Of a DNA stretch of 64,000 nt, positions 39,420-52,408 are shown piece after piece. The position numbers and the translations under genes are program-made. Position 1 is the first letter of the stretch. The number at the start of each line of letters is the position of its first letter. Below the pieces are notes generated by a model that was not told the DNA's origin, did no database searches, and saw nothing but the letters and a program-made list of their open reading frames with translations. The stretch comes from Octopus vulgaris (Eukaryota). The stretch spans positions 54,560,001 to 54,624,000 of the forward strand of contig OX597823.1 in assembly GCA_951406725.2 (NCBI GenBank), read 5' to 3'.

Positions 39420-40342
39420 CATACATTCATGATATGATAAACACACCAATATATAGTTAAAGCATTGTTTGTTTCTTTAAAACAATTCTACGAAGTATCA
39501 CCACCGCCACCCACTCCATCTAAAGAAGTTGTTTAGTAATCGCTTTAAATAATATTCTGTATATCTTTAATTCCATTATATCATAAATATAAATATTAAG
39601 AGTTGCAACTTTGATTACCGCCACTCCATCCCTCCTTTGTAAGTTTTATTCAAGCGTTGTTGGCATTCTTGACGAACCGACAAGTTTATGACTGAAAGTC
39701 ACGTGAAATTTATCACAAGTAGTGTCCATGCATAAAAATAGAAACAAACGGGTTACTATATACACACACACACACATATATATGAAGATTCGGTCGGGTT
39801 TCTCAAAGAGGAAGTTTGATGACATATTTTCAGTCTGAGACTCTTGTTTCGTTTCGTGCACGTGGTATTTGTGGGCGTAGATTTCTAAGCACGTTGTATA
39901 TAGTCATACACACAAATACTCGCACATTCATACCCATCACATATAGATCTTTTTTTGTTTTTTACTTTTATCTGCTTTTGCTTGTTTCAATCAATGGATT
40001 GCGGTCATGCTGGGGCACCACCTTATTTATATATTTTTGTTTTCAGTCGAAAAATCGACACATGTACTTATTTTTCTCTCTGGTACTTTTAGTTATATTA
40101 ACCCTATTAAAAAAAATTGGTTCTCTCCCCGCCACCGTTTTACCGAAAATAACGGAAAACATGTAAACTAAAAAAATTAATGAACACGAGGAGTGGCTGA
40201 TTGGTAAGTAGCTTGCTTACCAGCCACATGGCTCCGGGTTCAGTCCCACTGCGTGGCACCTTGGGTAAGTGTCTTCTACTATACCCTCGGGCCGGCCAAA
40301 CCCTTGTGGGTGGATTTGGTAGACGGAAACTGATAGCCCGTC

Positions 40343-40440
<98 letters not shown>

Positions 40441-40902
40441 TGGAAGGTTTGGAGATGATGTACAGGTATTTTATATTAGAAGAAATGAGGTACTCAAAAA
40501 ATCGGATGGTTTATATTTACAGATATTTATTTGTATATTACATTTTTTTGTAATATACGGACACAAAGCCACATGTACACATGCGTGCACACACGAAAAG
40601 GTCCCACACAGTTTCTGTCAGCCAGATTCACTCAGAAGGATTTGGTTCACTTGTGCTCTAGCTGAAGACACTTGCCCAAAGTACTATGCTGTGGTATTGA
40701 ACCTGGAGCCATGAGATTCTTTACATTGATTACCATTCTTTCTAGAATTAGGAAGCTGGTTTCTAACAAAGAAACAAAAACTTCTTCCTTGATATCTTAA
40801 AATAACAACAGTGATAAGTGTCACATATCAAAATTTAAGAAAGTTTTGCATATTTTTACTGTTCCACTTATAGATTATATCTCTAATAGATTTGTGTTAG
40901 CC

Positions 40903-41086
40903 CAGTGCTCCTTGACCTTTTTTCACTTGTGGTACACATATTCTTTTCAAAATTCAGCAGCCCACCTGAACTCAAAATATAACTAAAAGTATAAGGGAAA
41001 AAATTACATTCAAATTACACTGCAACACACCTAGTATTGTCTCATGGCACACCAGTGTGCCATGGCATACCGATTGCAGAGCACTA
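40903..41086. mobile_element. hAT MITE
   Basis: TIR cagtgctc / gagcacta; perfect 8-bp TSD TGTTAGCC; internal ggcacaccagtgtgcc palindrome. Confidence 0.85.
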
Positions 41087-41149
41087 TGTTAGCCAGTCTC
41101 TTTCTTTGCTGGAAAATCCTAGCTTCTTCAGATTGTTATTTTATTTATG

Positions 41150-41450
41150 CACCCTTTTCAAAGCCTAGCCAGACTCATGGGCCCAGTTTCCCAGTTTCTG
41201 TGGTGTATGTGTTCCTCCCAGCTGGACAGGATGCCAGTCCATCACAGCGTTACTCAAGAAACAGGAAGAAAGAGTGAGAGAAAGTTGGGGTGAAAGAGTA
41301 CATTAGAGGTTGCCACCACCCCCTGCCAGAGCCTCGTGGAGCTTTAGGTGCTTTCACTCAATAAACTCACACAATGCCCAGTCTGGGAATCGAAACCGCG
41401 ATCCTCTAACCGCAAGTCCGCTGCCCTAACCACTGGGACATTATGCCTCC
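41150..41450 (-). mobile_element. tRNA-derived SINE (family C-related)
   Basis: Tail aagcctagccagactcatggg and tRNA-like head ...gggaatcgaaacc...cctaaccactggg in reverse. Confidence 0.75.
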
Positions 41451-41502
41451 ATTCTCCAGATTGTAGTTTAGGCATTTACTAACATTTGTATGCATGTATG
41501 TA

Positions 41503-41556
<54 letters not shown>

Positions 41557-42040
41557 TGTGTGGTGTTGGGTCACTTAGTGCTACTGGTAACATGTAACCC
41601 GGTACAACCTGTTGCATGGACGCATGTTTGGGCTGTCGGTGGCAACTTTATGAAACCTACCGGTAAGGAAGGTGGTTTTTTATTAACATTTCTGCACAAT
41701 GATAAACAAAATGAGTCAAAAGATGGATGAACTCAGTAGAGTCAACTGCCATCCAACAGCTTAGATTACAAGAACCTTAGTCTTTGTTTAGATATCTCTT
41801 TAAGAGAAGGAAATTCTGAAATAACACATGCCATGTTGCTAAGCTGGAGATCTCGCTTTTGCTCATTTCTGGAGCGCTTGGCTTTGTAAGTGAGTCTTAG
41901 TGATGTTGTGTAAGCTGTTATTGATTTTTTAATTTCAGCATTGGCATTGCTGACAGCCATTGTCTTTAATCTCAAGGATAAGATAATTTGTCAGTGATGG
42001 TCATATTTGTTTAGAAGCTGTCAGCCACCAATGCATGTAA

Positions 42041-42149
42041 GTATGTATGTATGTATGTATGTATGTATGTATGTATGTATGTATGTATGTATGTATGTAT
42101 GTATGTATGTATGTATGTATGTACATATGTATGTATGTATGTATGTATG

Positions 42150-42183
<34 letters not shown>

Positions 42184-42300
42184 TGTATGTATGTATGTAT
42201 GTATGTATGTATGTATGTATGTATGTATGTATGTACATATGTATGTATGTACGTATGTATGTATGTATGTATGTACATATGTATGTATGTATGTATGTAC

Positions 42301-42331
<31 letters not shown>

Positions 42332-42372
42332 TGTATGTATGTATGTATGTATGTATGTATGTATGCATGTAT
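42041..42372. repeat. (TATG)n microsatellite, ~330 bp
   Basis: Direct observation; source of the spurious MYVC/HTYI ORFs. Confidence 0.97.
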
Positions 42373-42393
42373 GAGTATGTGTGTGTGTGTGTA

Positions 42394-43241
42394 TGAGGTG
42401 CATTCAAAAATTATCTGAATTTATTCTTTCCTGCCAAAACTAATATCGCAAAGGCAAAATCCTTTAGGTGGTAGATAACGCCACCCTTTCTGCATATGCG
42501 TGAAAATTTTTGTGCTGATAGGCTGTATAAGGTCCAAGCTGTTATGTCTAGAGTACAGACGTGTAATATGCACTTGTCACATTTTTGTTTTCATGCAAGA
42601 TAACTGAATGCATCAAGTAGCGAACAAATGACTCTGCCAGCTTGCTACCTGAGATCATCCAATAGTAATTGAAAATTAAACTGCTGATGTCGTGCTGTTT
42701 TGAAAGTAGCATTAAAATCATTGTAAGGTGGCATCTGGATCTTGGATTGCACAGTGCAGCATGTCCTGAGCAATTTCCATGTGGAGTTGCTTCAACTGCC
42801 CTGCTAGCACCTTGGGGACGAATTTTGCCAAACCCTCTCTACATGCACAAATCCTTGGGTAAAATGGAATGCACTGATCCTGTCCCCATTTCCATTTCAT
42901 GAGTAATTTCCTGGATTGCTACATGATGGTCTTCCATGATTATTCACCAAACCTTCTCAATTGGCTCCTCATTTCAGCTTGTGGATGGCCTGCTTGAGTG
43001 TGCCGCACTCTCCATGGAAGTGTAGCCATGTTTGAAACAGTTGTATCATTCCTTGATCTGAGTTTTACCCATGGCATCATCATCAATGGTCCACTGAATA
43101 TTCTGGATGGTTTGAGGTTGATTATCACCAAGCTTTTGGCAAAACTTGATACAATATCTCTGCTTGATGCATTTGATGAGCCCAAATGACATGTCTGTAC
43201 TCCAGGAGTAAAAAGTTGGATACTTTTTTTAATGACCCTCG
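42394..43241 (-). mobile_element. Rearranged mariner element (N-terminal transposase relic)
   Basis: TA-flanked TIRs tgaggtgcattcaaaaattatc / gatactttttttaatgaccctcg. The - strand encodes CIKQRYCIKFCQKLG...MGKTQIKE*YNCFKHG...SRPSTS and a HTH/KFVPKVL-like region. Confidence 0.8.
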
Positions 43242-43480
43242 TATGTATTTGTAAATGTGTGGTTTTATGTAAAATCAAATAATTAAGCTGCAATTGAAAG
43301 AGTCCTCAATACCTAACAAAGAGTTTGACAGTAATGTTAAAGTTTTACCAGTGAATGACAAAACTTGGACATCATTGTCAAACTCATTGATCACTGCCAT
43401 AATGAAACTTCACTTTCACCTTTTTCTTTGTGGACACACACACACGCACACACGATATTACACATGATATTATATATATA

Positions 43481-43713
43481 TCTATTTCTTTGCTGCCCAC
43501 AAGGGGCTATACACAGAGGGGACAAACAAGGACAGACAAACGGATTTAGTGGATCATATCGACTCCAGTGCGTAACTGGTACTTATTTAATCGACCCTGA
43601 AAGGATGAAAGGCAAAGTCGACCTCGGCGGAATTTGAACTCAGAATGTAACGGCATACGAAATACGGCTACGCATTTCGCCTGGTGTGCTAACGTTTCTG
43701 CCAGCTCGCCGCC
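43481..43713 (-). mobile_element. SINE family B
   Basis: Full reverse-complement copy ending ...ccagctcgccgcc. Confidence 0.9.
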
Positions 43714-44008
43714 CTATATATCATCATTTAACGTCCATTGTCCATGCTGGCATGAGTTGGACAGTTTGCTAGGCTGGCACACTAGAAGGCTGCACCAAGA
43801 TCCAGTCTGATTTGGCATGATTTTCTATAGCTGGATGCCCTTCCTAACACCAACCACACTGAGAGTATAATGGATGCTTTCATGTGCCACCGACATGGGT
43901 GTCATTTGCGTGACATCAGTATCTGCCATGACTGCAATTTTGCTCAGCTTGATGAGTCTTCGTCTCAAGCACAACATAATGCCAAAGGTCTTCGTCATTG
44001 CCTCCATA

Positions 44009-44197
44009 GGCCCAACGCTTGAAAGGAACTCAGCCACCTCACCTCCATGTGGCCCACTCGAAAGGAACTCAGCTGCCTCACTTCTGTGAGGCCCAACACT
44101 CAAAAGGAACTCAGCCACCTCAGCTCCATGCGGCCCACTCGAAAGGAACTCAGCTGCCTTACTTCTGTGAGGCCCAACACTCAAAAGGAACTCAGCC
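44009..44197 (+). repeat. Minisatellite with alternating 42/39-bp units inside an RTE-3'UTR-type repeat (43720-44200)
   Basis: ggccc unit starts at 44009, 44051, 44090, 44132 and 44171; core aaaggaactcagc. Confidence 0.9.
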
Positions 44198-44432
44198 AAT
44201 GTTCAAAGGTTGGTTTTTTTACAAATAGTTATTGTTAAGGTATTATCAATCTGGGCAAAATGCTCCATAAGCTTTCTGTTTGCACACCAGGCTAACAATA
44301 TTGTTTAGATTGACAAGAGGCTCCAAGTATTCTTCTAGCAGGGTCCAAGGTCTATACTTCATCACCATTCTATATTGAAAATCTGTGGTTGTGCTTCTGT
44401 CAAACTGGTTTTTACAGTGAGTGATATACAAA

Positions 44433-44737
44433 ACAAGGTATAAATAATGGTTATCACATATTTTCCCTTTATTGGAGTAAATTTGGCTTACAGCTGTTTC
44501 CAGTAGTCATTATAGGTTTGTTACTGATAGGTTTCTCAATTGGTCTATTGCTCAGTTGAGTGAAATGGCTCTGATGAAAGTAGCATTAATTTTCTAGGTC
44601 GTTCAACTTTCTCAACTGATCAATAGACCAATTGACAAACCTATAAGTAACGAACATATGATGACTCTGGAAACAGCTGCAAGTCAAATTTACTCTAATA
44701 AAGGCAAAATAAGTGATGACCATTATTTATACTTTGT
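44433..44737. mobile_element. Fold-back element (~128-bp arms) with degenerate hammerhead
   Basis: Arms 44433-44560 / 44611-44737; tatgatga-ctctg-GAAA-cagctg-(C/T)A motif followed by AATAAA. Confidence 0.7.
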
Positions 44738-44764
44738 CTTATATATATATATATATATACAGAC

Positions 44765-44926
44765 ATAGGTATGGCTGTGTGATAAGAAGTTTATTTCTCA
44801 ACCACATGGATCCAGGTTCAGTCCCCCTGCATGGTATCTTGGGCAGTTGTATTCTACTGTAGCCTAGGGCCGACCAATTCTTTGTGAGTGGATATGATAG
44901 ATGGAAACTGAAAGAAGCCTGTTGCG

Positions 44927-44967
<41 letters not shown>

Positions 44968-45353
44968 ATATATATATATAGGTGTGAGAGTGGCTGTGTG
45001 GTAAGTAGCTTGCTTATCAGCCACATGGTTCCAAGTTCAATCCTACTGCATGGCACATTGGACAAGTGTCTTCTACTGTACCCTCGGGCTGACCAAAGCC
45101 TTGTGAGTGGATTTAGTAGATGGATACTAAAAGAAGACTGTTGTATATGTGTGTGTGTGTCTACGTTTGTCCCTGCCACCATCGCTTGACAACCAATGTT
45201 GGTGTGTTTGCATTCCCGTAACTTAGCAGCTTGGCAAAAGAAACTGATAGAATAAGAACTAGGCTTACAAAGAATAAATCCTGGCATCAATCTGTTTGAC
45301 TAAAGGTGCTGCTCCAGCATGGCTGCAGTCAAATAACTGAAACAAATAAAAGA
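44765..45353 (+). mobile_element. SINE family A: a 5' half followed by a full copy (44981-45353)
   Basis: Two heads, one tail. Confidence 0.85.
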
Positions 45354-45417
45354 ATATATATATATATGTGTGTTACAAATGTGTGTATGTGTTTGTGCAG
45401 GCAAATATGAATATACA

Positions 45418-45456
<39 letters not shown>

Positions 45457-46727
45457 ACACATTTGTAAACTTAGAATACATGTGTATATATATATTTGTA
45501 TATGTTTCCCCACTCATTGATGTGTAAAGAATATAAGTCTTAATTTTCTGTCCCTCTTGCAATCCAAGACTTGTGAAGGAACTTATGTGAACTGAGTAAT
45601 CACATGATTTATGTGACTCATCATGAAAGAATTCATGACCCTCTGACTGTCAATGGGGATAGGTATCATAAAAGGACATACCATTTCAAATCCTTTCTTT
45701 GATGTCTACAAAATTTACTTTGCTTTCAGATCAGCAATATGCTACTCCTATCAAGGATTGAATATCAGCATGCACATTCTACGATTACCACTGCAAGCTT
45801 TTATAAATGATATCATTACCTTAGTAGAAACAAGGACAAACCCAAAATTCTCTCTTAATTCAGTTTGATACACTATTCCTGCAATGCTAACCACATACAA
45901 ACTGTACCACCTTTTGGCATGAGCATACTGGGCACTTTTCCAGCTGCCTCAGAGTCTAGAGCAGCATGTACTGAACTGTGGTTCCCAGGGCTGCATGTGG
46001 GCCCTCAGGCATTCTTCCAGTGCCCCACCCCCTGACGGTCTTCCCTTTTTAAATATAATGAAGTTTTCCTTAATTGACTTGTGTTTTACATTTCGTGGGG
46101 AAGACCCCTAAAAATATCCAGGTTTTGGATCTGGCCTGAATATTAAATAGGTTGAGAATCACAGGTCCAAAAACACAATTCAAATCTCTGTAAGCTGCAG
46201 CTGTGTTTATTGGAGGCTTCAGGAACATTGCTTTGTCCAAGGTCCTATTGTGGTGTTGAGGCTCTTTGCATACCAAAGGTAAAAGGTATAATCTACCCAA
46301 ATACAAAAGCAGGTTAAGGAATTTCGCATTGAAACTGTTGTGGAGCTGATACCAAATATCAAGGAATAGGCTATTGGGATGAATTCAGTTTGGTAAACGA
46401 AGAGACAATTGTAGTTGTTTAGAATGTACACATTGGATTGGAACATACATGTAACTATACACACATTCACAAAAACAGTTGATATCTAGCCAGAATAACA
46501 AGGGCAGGTGAGATACCATGTTCAGTGAAATGCTTTGCAGTTGTGTATGGAAGTGTATGATTTAGAGGTCAGGGTATTAGATTCATGATTGTAAGATTGT
46601 GGTTTCGATACCTGGGCTGGGTGACACATTGTGTTCTTGACATTCTAAGACAAAACTTAGGGTGTTAATAGCTGAATGAGTCAATGAACATGTAAGGTTA
46701 TCTTAAGGAAACGGCAAGGAAGACAAG

Positions 46728-46788
<61 letters not shown>

Positions 46789-47179
46789 AAAATGGGGAAG
46801 CTGGTTTATGAGACTACTGTAAGGCGTATCGTCAGATCACAAAAACCTGTTGGCCCATAACCTCTTAAAAAATTATATATATATATATATATATATAATA
46901 TTTATAATATATGTGTCTGTATTATGTGCTGGTGCCATGTAAAAAGCACTCGGCACACTCTGTAAAGTGGTTGGAGTTAGGAAGGGCATCCAGCTGTAGA
47001 AACCACGCCAAATCAGACTGGAACCTGGTGTAGCTCTCTGGCTTGCCAGCTCTGGTCAAATTGTGCAAGACATGTCAGTAAAGTGAGAATGAGCAGCAAG
47101 TTAACTGAAAAATTTAACCTGCTACTAAGTAAGCGTCTATCAAAGTGCAGTTCACAGACTCCTCCTGTTTATTATATTT

Positions 47180-47500
47180 CTTCAGATCATGACAAAGGGA
47201 TTTAAAGTTGGCTGTGAGAACTCACATATGCTGATGATCTAGTTCTCACAACCAAGAAAGGCATGAAGGCCAATTTAATACAAATGAAAGTTGAGTTTAG
47301 CAGGAAAGAAAACAGGATACTAGTACTGCCTGGGAAGTTGCCATGGTATGCAGAAAGAGAGTATGCAGAAATTCTATATTGTGTACCAAATACAATCAAT
47401 GGGTATACAAGATGTGCAGTAGGATCTCAGGTGAAAACAGGTTTTATAGCTAATAGAAACAAGTGGGTCCTTAATAGTTAGAGCTCCCAACAAATGATGT
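47180..47500 (+). pseudogene. Degraded RTE LINE RT fragment
   Basis: ELTYADDLVLT (YADD) and a Cys-rich CRKRVCRNSILCTKYNQWVYKMCS segment. Confidence 0.7.
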
Positions 47501-47625
47501 CTTCTTATCCCATCTACAGCAGAAATCAGATATATCCACTCAAATTTTGTTGCAAAATGCGGTTGTAATACCAATTTATCTTTTGTTGAATAATGTCATG
47601 TTTGAAACTAGTTTTGTTGAGATGT

Positions 47626-48004
47626 AGGTCCAGGTGTGGCTGTGTGGTAAGAAGTTTGCTTCCCAACCATATGGTTCTCGGTTCAGTTCCACTGCATGGC
47701 ACCTTGGGCATGTGTCTTCTACCAATTGCCTCAAGCTGACCAAAGCCTTGTGAGTGGAAACTGGTAGCCGGAAAGTGAAAAAAGCTTGCTCTGTGTGTGT
47801 GTGTGTGTGTTTGTCCCCCTATCACTACCACCTGACAACTAGTGTTGGTGTGTTTACATTCCTATAACTGCAGCAAAAGAGACCAATAGAAGTGCCAAGC
47901 TGAAAATTAGAAATAAGCACTTTGGTTGATTTGTTCAGCTAAACTTTTTCAAGGCAGTGCCTCAGCATGGCCACAGTCTAGTGGTTGAAACAAAAAAAGA
48001 AAAG
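47626..48004 (+). mobile_element. SINE family A
   Basis: Family head, core and tail. Confidence 0.85.
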
Positions 48005-48588
48005 ATATGCCAAGTTTATTGAAGTAATGACTTGCAAAAAATATAATTTTTTGGTAGATATTTGACATCTTTATTGGAATAACCACAGAATTTAATTTTA
48101 CAGTTATGTGGGTAGCTGACTAGAAGGCTTGCTAGAAATAGTTAATAGCTTCTATTACTTAGGTAACCTAATCAGAAATGGAGTTGAGTGTTGTAATGGC
48201 ATGATACTCAGAATAAAGAACAGTATGAGACACGCTTGAGCAAAGAATATAATCAATGGTGTTTTGTATATGAAGTCTAATACTGTTATGGTAGTAAGGT
48301 ACAGGTACCAAGTGTGGATAATATGCAAATGTTGTAAAAGGATGGTATCAGTCTGCTTTATAGATTGTTTTAATGTTGCTGTGCACAAACGAGGGAGCAT
48401 AAGTGTGCCGACAGAAAAAGAAAAGCAAAAAAGAAAAAAAATGACTATAACAAGGGACATGTGATACATATGAAAATTGATAGTTGGGTAAGAAAAGGGT
48501 GAAACGGACATAAAAGAAAGGAATGTACAGTAGAGGAAGAGCTTCCCCGATCCCACCATCATACACACACACACACGCACACACATAC

Positions 48589-48628
<40 letters not shown>

Positions 48629-49114
48629 CAAAATGTCAGAAGTGATGATGTTTGACAAAAGGCATCACTTCATATAGCGAGATGCTGTTTGACCCATCCA
48701 GTGCACACCAGTATAGAAAAGCAGTCATAGATATAATGGTAGTGGTGGTGATGGTAGTAGTGGTGATAATGTTAATGATGATGATGATGATAATGATGAC
48801 GATGATGTTGTTGTTGATGATGATGATTGTGGTGGTGATGATGATGGTGACAATGATATGTGCAGGCATATTAACACTTTGATATCAGGAGAATGTTATT
48901 TTTAGGTTCTCAGGAGAATAATCTCTATTTGTGGAAGAGTAATAGTCCATTGTTCTCTAATTACTTCATTGGTGTTATCTATAATAACAAAGATGATAGC
49001 TTAAACCAAATTGATAGTTGCTGTCACACCCCTATTGCAGCTTACTTTCATAAAGAAGGATAAAGAATTAAAGTTTTCATAGAGATACACACACACACAC
49101 ATACACATATCTAT

Positions 49115-50422
49115 ACTGACAGCAGGGAACACTGATGGGGTCAGGTGTGGGTATACTTCTTGCAGAGAAATGGGTTGATAAGGTAATCGAGGTAGTCAGA
49201 GTATGCGACAGAATACTTAAGATTAGATTAGTGCTTCATCATGTGTTAGCAACCATTATCTCAGCCTATGTCCCTCAGCCGGGGGGGTGGGGGGAGGGGC
49301 TACCCCGATGGACAGAAAGACTAATTTTATGACACCCCCTTGCAGACTACCTCGTTGACGAATGACAGGGACCTTCTCTTTGTGGCTAGTGACTTCAATG
49401 GACATGTTGGACAACATACAGGGGGCTTCCGTGACGTACATGGAGGCTATGGTTTTGGTTCCCGCAATGACGAGGGAACCAGGATGCTGGAGTTCTGCGA
49501 TGCAAATGATCTTATGCTTTGCAATACTAACTTCAGAAAACCAGCCATTCACCTAGTTACCTACTGTTCTGGCAGATGCACTAGCCAAATTGACTACATC
49601 CTTGCCAGAGAAAGGGAAAGATGTCTGCTGCTTATAAATGCCAAAACCTTCCCAAGCGAAGAATGTACACCACAACATAGACTGCTAGTTAGCAACTACA
49701 GAATCAGGGCTAAATGGATGCCCAGAAGATGACCAGCATGGAGGAGAAGGGTCTGGAAGCTTAAAGGTCCAGTGAATGGACAGAGATTTAGAGACATATT
49801 ACGCAAAGCCTTTGACGAAATAGAAGGGGATATAGCTTCACACGATGTGGAAGACAACTGGAGATTTCTACGGGACAACCTGCTGAGAGCTACTGACCAA
49901 TCTGTGGATGGTGCAAAGTTCCCTCTTGACCCAAAATAACGTGGTGGTGGAACAATGTTGTTGACAGGGTTATTAGAGAAAAGAAACAGGCTTGGAAGGA
50001 CTGGAAGAACAGTGGTAGCAAGGAATTGTATCAGACTGCCGGAAGGGAAGCTAGGAAACGGGTTTATGTAGCCAGAGGAGAAGCAGGTAATAAAAAATTT
50101 GTCAATGTTCTGCAATGTAAGGACCAAAGACTTGAAGTATTTCATGTTGCAAGACAGTGTGTGAGAGCGAATTGTGATGTCATAGGAGAGAAATGTGTCC
50201 ACATGGATGATGGTTCACTTGCACTAAATGGGGCTGCAAAGAGAGAGGTCTGGAGATGCCACATGCCACTATGAAAGGTTGCTCAATAAAGAGAATGAAT
50301 GGGAGAAAGAGAGTCTGCCAAATGTTGACCTAATAGAGGGACCAACTATCTGAATTGACAGTACTTTGGTAGATAAAGCAATTAAGAGTATGAAGACAGG
50401 GAAATCCCTCGGCCCATCAGGC
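49115..50422 (+). pseudogene. RTE-clade LINE ORF fragment (AP endonuclease and linker), frameshifted
   Basis: GVGILLAEKWVDKVIEVVRVCDR...ISAYVPQ, SDFNGHVG...GGYGFGSRNDEG...SQIDYIL...QHRLLV, ending KSMKTGKSLGPSG. Confidence 0.9.
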
Positions 50423-50524
50423 TTAAAAAAATAAGTCCTGGGGTCAATTTGTTTGACTAAAACTCTTCAAGGCAGTGCTCCAGCAAGGCTGCAGTCAAAT
50501 GACTGAAACAGTTAAAAGAATAAA

Positions 50525-50568
<44 letters not shown>

Positions 50569-50596
50569 CATAAGACCAAAAGGGTACGGACGCCGC

Positions 50597-50975
50597 TATA
50601 TATATATGTATATGTAAAAAAATACAAACTGGGACAAGAACGCAAAACATTTAGAAGACGATACAAAAAACACACACGGGACATTCGAAGCCTTCAATCT
50701 TCAGTCAAGAACCGGATCATCCTTGCAATTTCGGCTGATTAATCTTGAAATTGCTCCGATCTGGCCAGCCCCAAAGGAAAATCTAAGCCAAGCACATTAG
50801 ATTCCTTGGAAGAAAGCCTCGAATGTATACAAAACAAGGACGGAAAACCGGACGATGTTACACGATGAAGATTGAAGGCTTCGAATGTTCCGTCCGTGTT
50901 TTTTGTATCGTCTTCTAAATGTTTTGCGTTCTTGTCCCAGTTTGTATTTTTTTACATATACATATATATATATAT
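50597..50975. mobile_element. Fold-back element (~100-bp arms) within (TA)n; same family as 23240-23343
   Basis: Arms 50597-50703 / 50866-50975 are reverse complements. Confidence 0.8.
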
Positions 50976-50991
50976 ATATATTTATCATCAA

Positions 50992-51650
50992 CATCATCAT
51001 CATCGTTTAACGTCTGCTTTCCATGCTGGCATGGGTTGGACGATTTGACTGAGGACTGGCAAACAAGATGGCTGCACCAGGCTCCAATCTGATCTTGCAG
51101 AGTTTCTACAGCTGGAAGCCCTTCCTAATGCCAACCACTCCGAGAGTGTAGTGGGTGCTTTTACATGTTACTGGCACGAGGGCCAGTCAGGTGGTACTGG
51201 CAATGGCTATGCTCAATTGTTTTTCCACGTGCCACTGGCACAAATGCCAGTAAGGCGATACAGGTAACGATCATGCTCGAATGGTGCTTTTTATGTGGCA
51301 CCGGCATGGAAGCCAGTCAGCTGCTCTGGAATTATCATGCTTGGATAGTGCAGTAGCGCTCCACTAGCACAGGTGCTAGTCATCAAATTTGATTTCATTT
51401 TCACTTGCCTCAACAGGTCTTCGCAAGGACAGTTTAGTATCCAATGAAGGAAAGGTATGCATAAGTGGGCTGGTTACATACCTGACATAGGACACAGGTT
51501 ATGGTCTCACTTGGCTTGCCAGGTCTTCTCATGAACAGTATATTTCAAAAGGTCTCGTTCACTAGTCATTACCTCAGTGAGGCCTAATGTACGAAGGTTG
51601 TGCTTCACCACCTCATCCCAGGTCTTCCTGGGTCTACCTTTTCCACAGGG
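50992..51650 (-). mobile_element. RTE LINE 3' end: ORF C-terminus, 3'UTR and (GAT)n tail
   Basis: The - strand reads CGKGRPRKTWDEVVKHNLRTLGL...; tail gatgatgatg. Confidence 0.85.
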
Positions 51651-52408
51651 CGAGTGTTGTGTTGAAGAAGCATGCTGTGTCACCAGTCAGGACATTTCAG
51701 CTGTGTGAACTTTACCAATCGAGTAAAGGTGACAGGCAATAGTATCATGAGAGCATCCCATCTGCCAGGCCAGTTCCCAACTAGATTGGCATAGATCCTC
51801 ATGGATAAGCTCATTCAGTTGATCCTCATTGAACTAAACAGGCTCACCAGAATGCAGAGAATTTGCAAGATCAAATTTCTTCTCCTTGAAGCATGAAAAC
51901 AGTTCCTGTCATGTTCTTTCTGTAATTGCCCTTTTTCTATGCACAGCACAAATGTCTTGGGCACATTTGGCAGCTTTGGGACAAACATTGATTGAAAGCT
52001 AAGAAAAGCAGGTGTCAAAAATGCAAATTTTTTTTAAAACTTGGCACTCTACCATGACATGTCTAAAAACTGATAAAATTTATTCAAATTACAAAAACAA
52101 TAAACAAAAGTTGTAGAGGAAGGACAGAGCTACAAAAAAGAAATTAAACACCATGATAAAAATATTTTACATGTTAATTCAAATAACATTGGAAAGAAAT
52201 GAACAAATTCAAAATGACACAATATAATATTGACTACATTCTTTCATCTGCCCTTCCTTTGTGAAAAGAATAGGGCACAGTTTGACTGAACTTTGGTTTG
52301 TATTTCTAGCAGGTCAGTCAGCCACATAGAGGCTCCTTTTATTATTGGTGTTTAGGCCCAGGTTATCCTGCATGAAGCAGGTATATGATAATAAGGTATA
52401 TGATAATA

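Noticed and set aside
42007-42418. Several >100-aa ORFs (MYVC/HTYI repeats)
   Set aside because: Translation of a (TATG)n microsatellite.
44009-44197. CRISPR-like spacing of the aaaggaactcagc repeat
   Set aside because: The 'spacers' are themselves repeated, there are no cas genes, and the context is eukaryotic; it is a minisatellite.
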